A stretch of 64,000 bases of DNA from Macrostomum lignano. Lineage: Eukaryota. The DNA lies in the NCBI GenBank assembly GCA_002269645.1, contig NIVC01001504.1:62001-126000 (forward strand), given 5' to 3'. Shown here piece by piece: positions 1 to 14,086 of this stretch. The notes beneath the pieces are model-generated. The model saw only the letters and a program-made list of their open reading frames with translations. It was not told the origin of the DNA and searched no databases. Position 1 is the stretch's first letter, and the number at the start of each line of letters is the position of its first letter. The position numbers and the translations under genes were made by a program.

Positions 1-1477
1 ATGATTTGCTTATTAACATTTATATGAGCAATGTGTACATACTTATAGTTGCTTAATTGGCGAGGTGTAGCCAGCGCAAGAACGGTTGTGATAAATCCAT
101 AAATAAGGAGCAGCATGTAGTAAACGGACATCTTTGTTCTGTATTGCCATGCATTTGGCAACATAGGGATGATAACAAAGAAAAAAGTAATAAAAATGAA
201 AAGACAAGCTCCTAAATACTGCAGAATTATATACATTACTGCACTCGGCAAGTTAAATGAGTCAAGAGACAGATGTTGCTCAAGCTTAAATGTAATACTA
301 GAAAGAAAAAACAGCTCTCATCCAAAAAATAGGTTTTAAAAACTTTAAAAAATGACTGAGTTCACTGATGACTTTCATAGAAAATCAAGAATTTAAATAA
401 TGTAACTAATATGTTTATCAATATAACAAACAATCCATACACTAAAGCTTAAGAATGTGAAGACTGTTAAATTAAGTAAACATAAATTTTTATGGTTAGT
501 AAAGTTTTTAAATAATCAACTGTATTTATTTATTAGAATTTTATTTATTTATTTCTGTACTTTGGCTTAAATTAGTTACAATCTAAATGGCGGTTACATA
601 TGACGGTGTACGTGCATCATTTGGTTACCTGAATTTCTTATATGGAAAGAATGGTTGCAATCAGGGGGGCTGGGGAGCGGGGGGTGGTCGCCCCCCCCCC
701 TAGGCGCGGAGACCCAAAAAATCAAAGGGGGACCAAGCGAATTTTCGCCAAAAACAGAGCCACCCCTCCGCCCCCCCTCCCGGGACTTTACCCTCCAGAA
801 TCCGCCCCCCCTTCAAAAAATTTCTGGTTGCAATTTTCCTAAGAGTATATTAAAAATTAAAAAATAGCAAAGTTGCTACTACCTACTCTTTGATTCGATT
901 CAGTAAAAGGCAGCCAGAAATTTTCAGATGCAATTGCAGAACTAGCGCATTATATGTAGATTTTGCGTTCTTCTGTATCTGTATGAGTTAAATGTAGCTC
1001 TAAATGACTAAATCTAATGTAGCTATACATGTAATTACTGATCTTGACTGCACCATCGGGATACACCGATTTGTCTCTTAATTGCTGCTGTTTTTTAGTC
1101 TTAGTCACACTATGTTCACGTTGTCTATGGGCAGTCGATTGTTTAGTTAGAACACCGAACGGTAAACACTTTAGACGGAAGGAAGACGGGGACTTCCAAT
1201 CATTCTCCATAGCCACAACCACAATTCCCACCCCACTGGTATATTCTGTGCACAAACCCAGCAAGCATGGCAGTGAGCAGCTCTTTAGGAATTTGGGTGG
1301 GTGGGGCCATTTCCCTACTAGATCTCGTCCTCAATTCAAAGCGAGGCGCTCACCACACGCAAACGGAAAAGAAGCTTGTCTGACCCAAACCGGTCTGAAC
1401 CGGATCTGCCTTTCCCTCACCCCTTACTTTCAATCTTGCGCACTTCCATGATTCACGGCTAGGCGTGACTTGGGCAA

Positions 1478-1605
1478 ATTGGCCCGCCCGAACTTGTACG
1501 CACAACCAATGTACAACTGTGTACATTCTTATCGGGCATTTCCCTTCCCCAACGCGCGTTGCCATAAACAACGGTGGAAAATTCTAGAATCGGCCTATAA
1601 ATTGG
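1478..1605 (+). promoter_or_regulatory. putative alpha-tubulin promoter: CCAAT boxes, TATA-like element, RFX half-site/forkhead site
   Basis: ATTGG 1478-1482, CCAAT 1506-1510, GTTGCC-ATAAACAA 1558-1571, TATAAA 1596-1601 and ATTGG 1601-1605, all 130-260 bp upstream of the ATG. Motif matches only. Confidence 0.45.
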
Positions 1606-1737
1606 AGCCAACGCCCAGTGCGAGAGGCTCTGTATCGGCAAGCAGTGTCTCTTATAGACAGCTAACTGCTCTATTTGCAAAGTTTCAACTTTACTTTCTC
1701 TGCGATCTACTTCTACTAAGGCTATTTAGCAGCAAAA

Positions 1738-3397
<1,660 letters not shown>

Positions 3398-3677
3398 GCT
3401 GCTGCTGCTGGCCTGCCCCGATTGCAGAGCTGTGAAGTTTTGATTCCCGAATGAACTCGGAAATTCCAACTGGACAAACCCCAGTAGTGATTGACAGCCG
3501 CGACCCCGTTGGGCCTTTCGGGCTGTTCTGATTGATGACTCATCAGTGACAGAATTCCAGTGAGAATAAATTGATTAGAAAATCGATGGTGTAACATCAG
3601 GAATCGCTCAACACCTTTTTGAATCGATAATTGGCTTTTTGAAATCTCTTCATTATAACAAGTTGAAATTAATGCCC

Positions 3678-3691
3678 GTTGCCATGGATAC
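3678..3691. promoter_or_regulatory. RFX X-box downstream of alpha-tubulin
   Basis: GTTGCCATGGATAC. Its reverse complement GTATCCATGGCAAC fits the ciliary X-box consensus GTHNYYATRRNAAC. Confidence 0.45.
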
Positions 3692-3701
3692 CCGTGGGGA
3701 A

Positions 3702-3790
3702 GGGCAGACCAGCTCAGCGGTAAGCGCCGTCTGACTCTCGGCCCACACGACCCTGGTTCGATTCCGCATTCATTTGGGGCTTGTGCCCGA
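3702..3790 (+). mobile_element. tRNA-derived SINE head
   Basis: GGGCAGACCAGCTCAGCGG (A-box-like) and GGTTCGATTCC (B box, 3755-3765), followed by ATTTGGGGCTTGT. Homologous to the copy at 50057. Confidence 0.6.
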
Positions 3791-4697
3791 GAATTCGGTC
3801 GCGTGATTCACACCCATGATCTAAACCTGAAAATCCTGTACGCTGTACTTGAAAATCATAAAAATGCATGGCACAGCTCGAATATTTGATTTTATGAATC
3901 TATTTTATCATCTCTGTTACACACAGTTACACAGTCAGCTAAGAATGATTAAATAGATTCATAAAACCATTGAGCCGAGCTGTGCCATTTTAATAGTTTT
4001 TAATAGAAGAATAGAATAAAAAATTGACATAGAATTCTTATTTTCTGAACGAAAGGCTTTCTGAACATCAATATAACTATAAGAAAGGCAAGGAATATCA
4101 AAAATGAACACTGGGTCTGCCTCCTATCGAAAGCAATAACAATTTTAATATGAAGAAACTGAAAAGTTCCAATCTCCATTAGTGTATTTTTCGGCGAAAA
4201 GCAGCCTCATTAACATTTTCTAAGAAATTGTAGTTTCCCGTTTTTCAGGGCTGTATTCCAATAGCCAGCTTTTACTTAGCAAGCCAAGCTTTCAGTCAAT
4301 ATTGCAATATTTCATGTGAAAGAAGAGATTCGAGCACAGGAAGTCACTGAATTTCATTTGACTTTGTGTCATGTTTATCTTATCTCAGCGAATACGTAGG
4401 CTAGCAAAATGTAAGTCGCGTGTTTGGCATTGCAAATTAGCTGTTATATGCAGAATCTGCGAAGAAATTCGCCAGTAATGATTACAGCTAGAGGTTACAT
4501 GTACAACTGCGGTCGTTGCAGTGCCTGGTCTTGCCAACCCGATATTGTCCTTGGAAACGTGTGAAAACATGCAGAATTAGCTGATAAGAACTTCAATAAT
4601 TAAGGACGTCATGGACTTTCTATGCAGAGTTGCGGCTTGTCTGACAGCAAATAAGGCAAATAATCGAATTCGCTGACAGACATCTTACAAGTACGGC

Positions 4698-5373
4698 GTG
4701 GCAGAGCGGGAACGGGGAGTGGCAGAGCAGGGATCAGGGATTGGCAGAGCGGGTATCAGGGATTGGCAGAGCGGGGATCAGGGAGTGGCAGAGCGGGGAT
4801 CAGGGAGTGGCAGAGCGGGGATCAGGGAGTGGCAGAGCGGGGATCAGGGAGTGGCAGAGCGGGGATCAGGGAGTGGCAGAGCGGGGATCAGGGAGTGGCA
4901 GAGCGGGGATCAGGGAGTGGCAGAGCGGGGATCAGGGAGTGGCAGAGCGGGGATCAGGGAGTGGCAGAGCGGGGATCAGGGAGTGGCAGAGCGGGGATCA
5001 GGGAGTGGCAGAGCGGGGATCAGGGAGTGGCAGAGCGGGGATCAGGGATTGGCAGAGCGGGGATCAGGGAGTGGCAGAGCGGGGATCAGGGAGTGGCAGA
5101 GCGGGGATCAGGGAGTGGCAGAGCAGGGATCAGGGAGTGGCAGAGCGGGGATCAGGGAGTGGCAGAGCGGGGATCAGGGAGTGGCAGAGCAGGGATCAGG
5201 GAGTGGCAGAGCAGGGATCAGGGAGTGGCAGAGCGTGGATCAGGGAGTGGCAGAGCGGGATCAGGGAGTGGCAGAGCGTGGATCAGGGAGTGGCAGAGCG
5301 GGGATCAGGGAGTGGCAGAGCGTGGATCAGGGAGTGGCAGAGCGGGGATCAGGGAGTGGCAGAGCAGGGATCA
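4698..5373. repeat. 22-bp minisatellite (GGGAGTGGCAGAGCGGGGATCA), about 30 copies
   Basis: Visible tandem periodicity; explains the three overlapping repetitive ORFs. Confidence 0.95.
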
Positions 5374-5949
5374 AATCGGCGAGCGTAACTCGGGTTGAAG
5401 CGTAGCAAAAAAGGCCAGGGAATCCAACGCAGTTCGACCTCATGCGTGTGCGGCACAGTTGCTCGAACTCTGAGAGCCGGGTGGTTTTTTATTTTTACCA
5501 TTACGGAATCTGCATGCAGACCCGAGCTGTTGCCTGGACCTTAAAATAAAAAAATGAATAATAAGAATAAGCTGGTGAAGTACATTTTGCCTACAGTTTT
5601 GTAAATTGTAAATAAATAAATGTTTTTTTCTGGCAAAAGGCACTCTCGTGTACTTTTAATATTGATTAGCAAACTTTGGAATAAATTGAATGTTATTTTT
5701 GTGCCTGCGTTTACGGGAAATTCTAAATAAAAAGAAAAAACTTGAACAATGCTGTTCTGTACAGGAACGGTTTATACTGTAAGCAGCTACTATAAGTAGC
5801 CAGATTAAGGAATATTTTCGGAGACAAAGAAAAACGTATCAATAAAAATTGCGGCAACAAAAGGCGCGCCATGCAGATAAAGAGCGTTTTTACAGGTGTG
5901 TATGAGTCTTGACAAGGATGTAAAAAAGAGGTACTCATGGGATGTTGGC

Positions 5950-6477
5950 CCCTAGACTGTGTGACCCACTTCAGCTCCTGATCTGTGGTGCTGGCCAATC
6001 GACTGTGTGACCAGCCTCAGTTCCTGGTGTGGTGCTGGCCCATCGACTGTGTGACCAGCCTCAGTTCCTGGTGTGGTGTTGGCCCATCGACTGTGTGACC
6101 AGCCTCAGTTCCTGGTGTGGTGTTGGCCCATCGACTGTGTGACCAGCCTCAGTTCCTGGTGTGGTGTTGGCCCATCGACTGTGTGACCAGCCTCAGTTCC
6201 TGGTGTGGTGTTGGCCCATCAGCCTCAGTTTCTGGTGGGGTGTTGGCCCATAGACTGTGTGACCAGCCTCAGTTCCTGATGTGGTGTTGGCCCATAGACT
6301 GTGTGACCAGCCTCAGTTCCTGATGTGGTGTTGGCCCGTAGGCTGTGTGACCAGCCTCAGTTCCTGATGTGGTGTTGGCCCGTAGGCTGTGTGACCAGCC
6401 TCAGTTCCTGATGTGGTGTTGGCCCGTAGGCTGTGTGACCAGCCTCAGTTCCTGATGTGGTGTTGGCCCATAGACTA
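5950..6477. repeat. 44-bp minisatellite (GACTGTGTGACCAGCCTCAGTTCCTGGTGTGGTGTTGGCCCATC), about 12 copies
   Basis: Visible tandem periodicity just downstream of the Rho-like stop codon. Confidence 0.93.
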
Positions 6478-6559
6478 GGGATCGACCCGCCTCAGTTCTT
6501 GATCGACCCCACCCGGTCCCGAGAATCACCCCAAGCGGAGTGCCTCGGAGTGCCGAGAA

Positions 6560-8010
6560 TCACATCAAGCGGCAGGATTGTCGAGGGCCTCGATCGTGCC
6601 CGAGCAGAGCGGCTCGAGTTGCGGCTTCGAACACTTTCTGAACGTCAGCCTTGTCTGACAGAGAGCACTCCATGTAAGAGACCGCGCCTGAAGGTGAATG
6701 TACAGTAATAGCTCAAAAATTTTCCAAGAATGAGAAACGAAGTTGCATAGCCACACAAGGCCAATGAAATCTGCCTTACCGATCTTCTCAGCCATGGCCC
6801 AACCCTGCTCAGCCGTGATCAGCTCCGGCGAGATTCTCGCCAGCTCGTATCTCGTCCGCTCGTCCCGGCGCAGGTCCCTCTTGATGCCCAACAGGATCAG
6901 CGGCACCCTCGGGCAGAAGTGCCGCAGCTCGGGCGCGCACCTCGCGGTCACTCTATCCAGAGCGTCCGGTAAGTCTACAGCAAAGCACAGGAGGACCACG
7001 TCGGTGTCGGGGTAGGAGAGCGGCCTCAGGCGGTCATATTTTTCCATGCCGGCCGTGTCCTACAGCGCCAGGTCCACCTGGTTGGCGGCTCATAGAATTG
7101 GTTGCACTATGCATGTTTCGCAGCTCAGAACTGCCATCCTACGATGGCAGGGCGAACATGACAGCAAGGTTAACTGATGCGGGTCCGACGATGTTTGCCC
7201 GCGGGTGATTTTTCCGAATGACCTGGATGGTTCCTTAAGGGGCGCCAGCTACAGAAGGGGCGCCAGCTACAGAAGGGCGCCAGCTACAGAAGGGGCGCCA
7301 GCTACAGAAGGGGCGCCAGCTACAGAAGGGCGCCAGCTACAGAGGAGGCGCCAGCTACAGAAGGGGCGCCAGCTACAGAGGAGGCGCCAGCTACAGAAGG
7401 GGCGCCAGCTACAGAGGAGGCGCCAGCTACAGAAGGGGCGCCAGCTACAGAGGAGGCGCCAGCTACAGAAGGGGCGCCAGCTACAGAGGAGGCGCCAGCT
7501 ACAGAAGGGGCGCCAGCTACAGAGGAGGCGCCAGCTACAGAAGGGGCGCCAGCTACAGAAGGGGCGCCAGCTACAGAAGGGGCGCCAGCTACAGAAGGGG
7601 CGCCAGCTACAGAAGGGGCGCCAGCTACAGAGGAGGCGCCAGCTACAGAAGGGGCGCCAGCTACAGAGGAGGCGCCAGCTACAGAAGGGGCGCCAGCTAC
7701 AGAGGAGGCGCCAGCTACAGAAAGGGGCGCCAGCTACAGAAGGGCGCCAGCTACAGAAGGGGCGCCAGCTACAGAAGGGGCGCCAGCTACAGAAGGGGCG
7801 CCAGCTACAGAAGGGGCGCCAGCTACAGAGGAGGCGCCAGCTCCAGATGGGACGCCAGCTAAAGAGGGGATGCCAAGTAAAATTCGTGGCTGCCTTATAC
7901 TATTACCAATTCTCACCTGCTTCCCATCGACATGAAATTCGGTGACAAAATGCTCGAACACAGCAGGCACGTAGATGTTGCAGCGCTTGCTGAACACCAC
8001 CAGCAGACAG
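6560..8010 (-). pseudogene. RhoA-like small GTPase, degenerate; exons 8010-7917, 7077-6780, 6687-6560; P-loop exon not found
   Basis: Spliced product [89 protein letters not shown]..CRLM* is colinear with RhoA. In-frame TAG replaces W at 7060-7062. The CaaX end is intact. Confidence 0.85.
7239..7860. repeat. 19-20-bp minisatellite (GGCGCCAGCTACAGAAGGG) in the Rho-like intron
   Basis: Visible tandem periodicity within intron 7078-7916. Confidence 0.93.
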
Positions 8011-8299
8011 CTAATTGACAGCAAATTTTTTCACCTTGTTATAAAGGTTATAAAAACAAAAAAGAAGGAAAATACGCACTCAAAACAATTTCCCCTTTTT
8101 GAAAAGTGGCTCTCTCTTTCCAACAGACATTTTTTCGGCTAATGTGCTTCAATCGAAAGTTTATATTTGAATATCTTTACATTTAAGTTCCTTAGTCTTC
8201 CATCACATGCTTCCAATGGCATTACACAGCGCAGCGACATTCCGTGTGGCCTATTGAACTTTTCACGATGTTTTGATTTGCTTTAATGCGCAGCGGGGT

Positions 8300-10193
8300 G
8301 ACCATCATGTCATTGCCGAAGACTCCAGGAGGGCTCCAGGTGCAAGGAAGCCGCTTGGCGCTGCCGTGGGCGCACAGATGTTCACATAGTTGCCCCTTTG
8401 ACCCTCACCGCTTCAGCCAGCCAGCAGCCGTCGGGCCAATCACCGAGAAGCTAAGCGGCAAGAGCTGCTCCGGTGTTGGCGACGCCGTCGGTCAGAAAAG
8501 CCGGCGGCAGCCGCGTCAGCGGCAAGCAGAGCCGCAGGTCGCGGCCGGTAATGAGGGCGCGGTGCTGTTAGGCCGGCAGCAGGGAGGCGAGAAGGGCGTG
8601 GTCGCCCCGGTTCGCATGCGCAAAGTCGTTGAGTACGGTGTGAGCTCAGGACCGAGCAACTGGAAGGAGCGGCAGGCAGAGTTCCCGGTCCTGCGGCTGC
8701 CCCACGGCGGACTACAAGACTTTGAATAGTGACTCAAACGCCGGGTTCGCTGCCGACCAGGTGTGGAGGCTCATCAGGAGAAGCTACTCGGCGGGCACCG
8801 GCAAGATGAGAATCAGCACCGCCGCGGTCCATTCTGTTGCTGCTGTCCCCTGCTGTTGCGGGCCGCCTGCAACGAAGCCGCTGGCTGTCTTTGAACCATC
8901 AAAGCCACCGACATCTCCGCCGAAGTTGCCGGCAAATCGAGTGGCCGCGCTGTCGACTGACCCTTGCTTCTCGGCCTTCTCGGACAGCGGACTCCGGCAG
9001 CCGATGACGAGTTTGCCAAAGCCGATCGTCTCGATTGAAGCGGACGCGATCGTCAGCCCGCTCCCCTGCCGGCCGTCCGACTGAAGCGAGCGGAGGCGCC
9101 GGGCGCGGAGCTCAGCCACCGGCTGCAGCAGCAGGCGCAGGCAGCTACAGCAGGCGTAGCACAAGTGCCTGCCAGCAGCGGCAACTGCGCCAAGGCCCTG
9201 GCTGATCTGCAGCTTGTCGATGGCGGCGTGGAATGGCGCCGTTGGGCCGAGCCGGCTGGCGACGGCGGGAGATTCGGCGGCGAATCGGCGGGGTGCGATG
9301 ACTCGCGCAGATGCCGTTGGGCGGAGGAGCAGCCGGTGGGAGGCGCAACGTTTCTTCACCGACCCCGGCAGGTCAGTGAGCTGGTGCAGGCCGCAGCTGC
9401 AGAGCTTCACGGCTTCACGGCGCAGTTGCAGCGCAGCGGCTTCAGCAACCTGCGGAAGCTGGGGAGCCGCGGGCAGCTGCAGCGCCAAGCAGCAGTGCAG
9501 CGGCGGCTGCGGCGGACGCTGGTGACAAAGCAGCGACTGCACCGGAGGCCGGTGCTGCGTGGCAAACCAGCTGGCCAGGTTAGCGTCCAGGATGGCGCAG
9601 CCGATGACCGGGCGCTGGCCCTGGCGGCAGCGCGCTTGGCCCTGCCTCGGCAGCCGAGAATGTTCAGCAGCGCAGCTTGGCCACTCAGCTTTTGCCAGGC
9701 AGAGGGCCAGTAAGCAGTCTCGAGGCGCACGGTTCTCGGGTCGGGTCTCGTGGAACGCCGGCAACTCCTCGCTTTCCGGGCCGCCGGCCTGGCTGAGCCG
9801 CAGGCTGGCAGTCGAGGTGGCCGCGGTGCCAGCCCGGTCCGTCAGCGGCAGCTGCAAGCACAAGCTGAAATGCCGCCGGCTCTGCGGCCTCTGCCTGGCC
9901 ACCAGGAGCTCGACGCAGATTTCGATGCCGCGATTGTCTTCGGATTGGCTCAGCCCGCGTCGGCGATGCCGGTGTCTTGGTAACGGCGGGTGCCTCTGGG
10001 CGTCGCCCCGCTGCAAGAGGCAGAGGCTGAGCAGCTGGCGCTCGCGCAGCCGCCGGGAGATGCTCCGTGATCTCCGAGTCACGGACGAGGCAGCTTTCGT
10101 GTGGCTCTGGTGCCGCCTTACTCGGCTGCCTCGGTGCGGGACCTCGCCGCGCCAGCCCGGCATGAGCAGCTGCTCCATGCTGCCCTGCCACAT
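8300..10193 (-). pseudogene. GC-rich coding-like region of unknown family with several in-frame stops
   Basis: 469-aa ORF 10193-8784 rich in CTG/CAG/GCC codons. The same frame continues with protein-like sequence through further TAG/TGA/TAA stops to about 8300. No homolog recognised. Confidence 0.35.
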
Positions 10194-10447
10194 GCTGGCT
10201 TGCAGCGATCAAGTGAGCTTCGATTCGAATCTTGAGCTGAGCAGAATTAAGTCTTCAATTGTAAAGTGCCGTACTAGCTAGTGCACACCAAGATGGTTCT
10301 GAGCCTAAATTTAGCCCCTGGTCTATGGCAGGAACAAATTAAGGAGGCAGTTGGTTTTCTAAAGTGTCTAAAAAATTAGAAGTTGGATGCATATCAACAG
10401 CAACAAACTACAGCAACCCTGGGCAAGCCAATTAAGTTGGGTTGCTG

Positions 10448-11340
10448 TCAAAATGCGCGCGCAAGCACAGATTTGCGCAGAGCAGCGAGTCCGCGGGGGT
10501 CAGAGATTTCAGCGTCTCTTAAAAGCAGGTCGACAAAACGCAGACTTCTCGCCTGACCAAGCCGCCGCGGCCCTTGAAGGATAAGCAGCAGCACGTCTTG
10601 AAGCGGCTCAGGGCAGTACTGCTCTGTCCGGATGACGTGGCCGGCCAGCTGTAGGCGCCGGATGTGCAGCAGCTGGCTGGGTCGGGAGAGCTGGGCCCGT
10701 CGGTATAACTCGTCATTGCTGGTGTTGGTGCTGGCGGTCGGCGAATAGTGGACACCGAAGGCGGCTCTCAGGAGTCCAGCGTGAGCGGCGTCGAGTTGCC
10801 GCTCCTGCGGGCCGGTCAGTGTCCACGTTTCAGCGTTGTAAAGGAGGACGGTTTCAATGACGGCCTGGAACAGCAGCCCTCTCAGCCGATCCGGCAGCGC
10901 GGGGCTCTGCAGGACAGTCCGCACGGTGCGGAATGCACCCCACGCAAGCACCCTGCGCCGTGCCATGTCCTCCGTGATGCTTGGCACCAGACCGCCGAAG
11001 TAGACGAACTCTTTGCAGCGGGGCAGCAACGCCACCTGCCCGTTCGTGCAGCGGCAGTAGATCTCAGTCCGATCGCAGCGGCCGCGCCGCCGTCAGCTGG
11101 TCTAGCAGGCGTTGAGCTCCTTCAGCTGTGCTAGGCAGCAGCGCTAGATCGTCTGCGTACGCTAGGACGGAGTCGCTTCTCGGGGTGCCGCCTGCTTGTT
11201 CTGCGGCAGAGCAAGAATCCTTTGGAGTCGTCAGGGAGGCCAGTGCGCAGTACCCAGTGCAGGACCAGGAAGAACAGAAAAGGAGAGCCAAGATGTCCCC
11301 TTGGAGAACGCCGGAAGACGTGTCGAAGAAGACACACAAA
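10448..11340 (-). mobile_element. 5'-truncated, frameshifted non-LTR retrotransposon (LINE, RTE-like) reverse transcriptase fragment
   Basis: Motifs SSGVLQGD, LAYADDLALL, FVYFGG and FQAVIETVLLYNAETWTLT are spread over different frames. Confidence 0.85.
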
Positions 11341-11408
11341 TACTGCTAGTGGTCCTAGGTGACTAGGGAAGTTTCAACAAAATTGCAAGCCCTTCTATCC
11401 AGGAATAG

Positions 11409-11642
11409 AGGAATAACATGGATTGCTCATCTGAAATAATCAATGGTCAATTTGACTGATTAAAGTAAAAAATAATTCCCAGTAGGATTTGACTCGCTGG
11501 TGAGCTGCTGGGAATCCAAGAATGCATCTCCAAAACAATTCAAATCCTACGGGGGATTATCTAGATATTTTTAACTTTCATCAACCAATAGTTTACTACG
11601 GGTATAAATTTCAAGTTCAGATGAGCAATCCATGTTATTCCT
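11409..11642. mobile_element. small MITE-like element with 27-bp terminal inverted repeats
   Basis: AGGAATAACATGGATTGCTCATCTGAA at 11409 and its exact reverse complement at 11616-11642. TSD not resolved. Confidence 0.7.
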
Positions 11643-11658
11643 TCATCCATGCTTCTAT

Positions 11659-12149
11659 CAAGGACCACTAGAAGAAGAAGGACGGGACACTTCATTTCTT
11701 GGAAAATTTATTAAAGGCTGATTTTCAGGAAAAAATGCACTAGCGAGATAAGAACTTTTCACTTTTTTCACTTTAAAATGGTGATAGCTTTTTATTGGAA
11801 GCAGATACAAAGCTCTTCTTTTGATATAACTTACAAAAATGCTGCTTCAACGGATGTTATAAAGATTTTTTCACAATTAATTGATCTTCATATTATTTTA
11901 GTTACTAGGCCTAGCTATATCATGCAGCAGTTATAGTTTAAAGCTAACTAGTGACTAACTTGAATTTTACAATATCTTTTTAATCGAATGCATCTATTTA
12001 TTAGCAATAGAATGCATCTATTTTCCATTTTAAAGTGAAAAAAAGTGAAAAGTTCCTATCTCGCTATAGTGCATTTTTCCGTGAAAATCAGCCTTTAATA
12101 AATTTTCCAAGAAACGAAGTGTCCGTCCTTCTTCTTCTAGTGGTCCTTG
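11659..12149. mobile_element. non-autonomous hAT-type MITE with about 125-bp inverted arms and an 8-bp TSD
   Basis: Ends CAAGGACCACTAGAAGAAG...CTTCTTCTAGTGGTCCTTG, flanked by GCTTCTAT at 11651-11658 and 12150-12157. Confidence 0.88.
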
Positions 12150-13282
12150 GCTTCTATCTGGTGCATTAGTCCTAGGTGGTGTGGAGTGTGTTTAGACAAG
12201 ATAGTTTATGGTAAAACCAATACGACGTCTAAAGTAAAGCACGTACGATGTCCATGGTAAAGCCAAGGACCACTAGCAGTATATCAGGACGGTAAACTCT
12301 CAAAGATCGTGTGATTTTTTGGAGGCCGATTTCCGGCAAAAATACGCATCACAAAACCAATGATTGCATTTGATTTAGTTTGTAAAGATTACCTTTTTTA
12401 ATCAAGCATGCTTAAAATGTTACTCTGCTGCATTTTATATAGAAATAAATAGTTCTAGCCTATAGAGGCCCAGTAAAAATAGTCAGGGCCTATTTTTGTT
12501 TTGTGACTTAAGCTAGGTCTGGCTTAAAAACTGATATAAATTTCTAAAGACAATGCTCAACAACAATATAAAAAATTATATTGGTAACCATTGACTATAG
12601 TGGCAACAACCGGTGTAAAGTGTAAACAAATCTTATTGTTAATTCAGCTTCACTGCCTGACGCCCCAAAGTCTCTACACAGGAAGTTAAAGTTGCATGAT
12701 TGAGATCGAGCGGCTGCGAAAAAAAGCCAAACTCAGAGAACTCAGCAAAACTGATTTTTTGTTTTTGTCCGAACAGCTGAAACACAAGAAGAGTCATCTC
12801 AGAGCCGGAAGAAAAAGCAAAAATGTTACAGTTTTCGGCACGGAGTTCCGTCAGTCAGTAGCTAGTTTATTTACTAAGGCGGCAAGCGCGAGATTACAAA
12901 AAAGTGAATTTCGAAGTTCACTGAGGTCGGACTGGGAAAGAGTTTGGGGAGGCAGAAAAAAAGCAAAAAAGGAACGGATGAGAGCAGCGCATGGATACGG
13001 TACATTATAGTAGTATAGTATAATATTATTACATACTGTAGGGCTGACAACACCGATTTGCACTAGGAATAGATCTGGCTAGACTGCGCCACTCGCCACA
13101 GCTTTCACGACCGACTCACTCACAGCCCAGCTTAACAGACAGCTGCTGCGATTCACGACCTATTCACAATTCACCCGTGACAGACACCATGGCATGACAG
13201 GCACCAAAGTTCACAGAACACCCATTCACAGATCCTGCAGTTACCGACCATCCATTCACATAATATCTGTTTACCAATCCTA

Positions 13283-14050
13283 CATTCACAGAGTACCCAT
13301 TCACAGATTCTGTAATCACAGAGTACCCATTCACAGATTCTGTAATCACAGAGTACCCATTCACAGATTCTTTAATCACTGAGTACCCATTCACAGATTC
13401 TGTAATCACAGAGTAGCCATTCACAGATTCTGTAATCACAGAGCACCCATTCACAGATTCTGTAATCACAGAGTAGCCATTCACAGATTCTGTAATCACA
13501 GAGTACCCATTCACAGATTCTTTAATCACTGAGTACCCATTCACAGATTCTGTAATCACAGAGTAGCCATTCACAGATTCTGTAATCACAGAGCACCCAT
13601 TCACAGATTCTGTAATCACAGAGTAGCCATTCACAGATTCTGTAATCACAGAGTAGCCATTCACAGATTCTGTAATCACAGAGTAGCCATTCACAGATTC
13701 TGTAATCACAGAGTAGCCATTCACAGATTCTTTAATCACTGAGTACCCATTCACAGATTCTGTAATCACAGAGTAGCCATTCACAGATTCTTTAATCACT
13801 GAGTACCCATTCACAGATTCTGTATTCACAGAGCACCCATTCACAGATTCTGTAATCACAGAGTACCCATTCACAGATTCTGTATTCACAGAGTACCCAT
13901 TCACAGATTCTGTAATCACAGAGCACCCATTCACAGATTCTGTATTCACTGAGTAGCCATTCACAGATTCTGTAATCACAGAGCAACCATTCACAGATTC
14001 TGATTCACTGAGTACCTATTCACAGATTCTGATTCACAGAGTACTCATTC
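13283..14050. repeat. 30-bp minisatellite (CATTCACAGATTCTGTAATCACAGAGTACC), about 25 copies
   Basis: Visible tandem periodicity starting about 40 bp past the FAM102-like stop. Confidence 0.95.
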
Positions 14051-14086
14051 ACAAACAGCTCCCAAGGAGAAGCGGATTGTCCCAGG

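Noticed and set aside
1188-1197. NF-kB-like site GGGGACTTCC
   Set aside because: A single 10-mer far from the start, consistent with chance.
3702-3770. Possible tRNA genes at 3702 and 50057
   Set aside because: A/B boxes are present but there is no pairing acceptor stem or clear anticodon arm; better explained as SINE heads.
4698-5405. Three long overlapping ORFs (211-235 aa)
   Set aside because: They are translations of a stop-free 22-bp repeat that gives the same peptide in all frames.
12696-13010. 104-aa Lys/Arg-rich ORF
   Set aside because: No recognisable domain or splice context; A-rich composition explains it.
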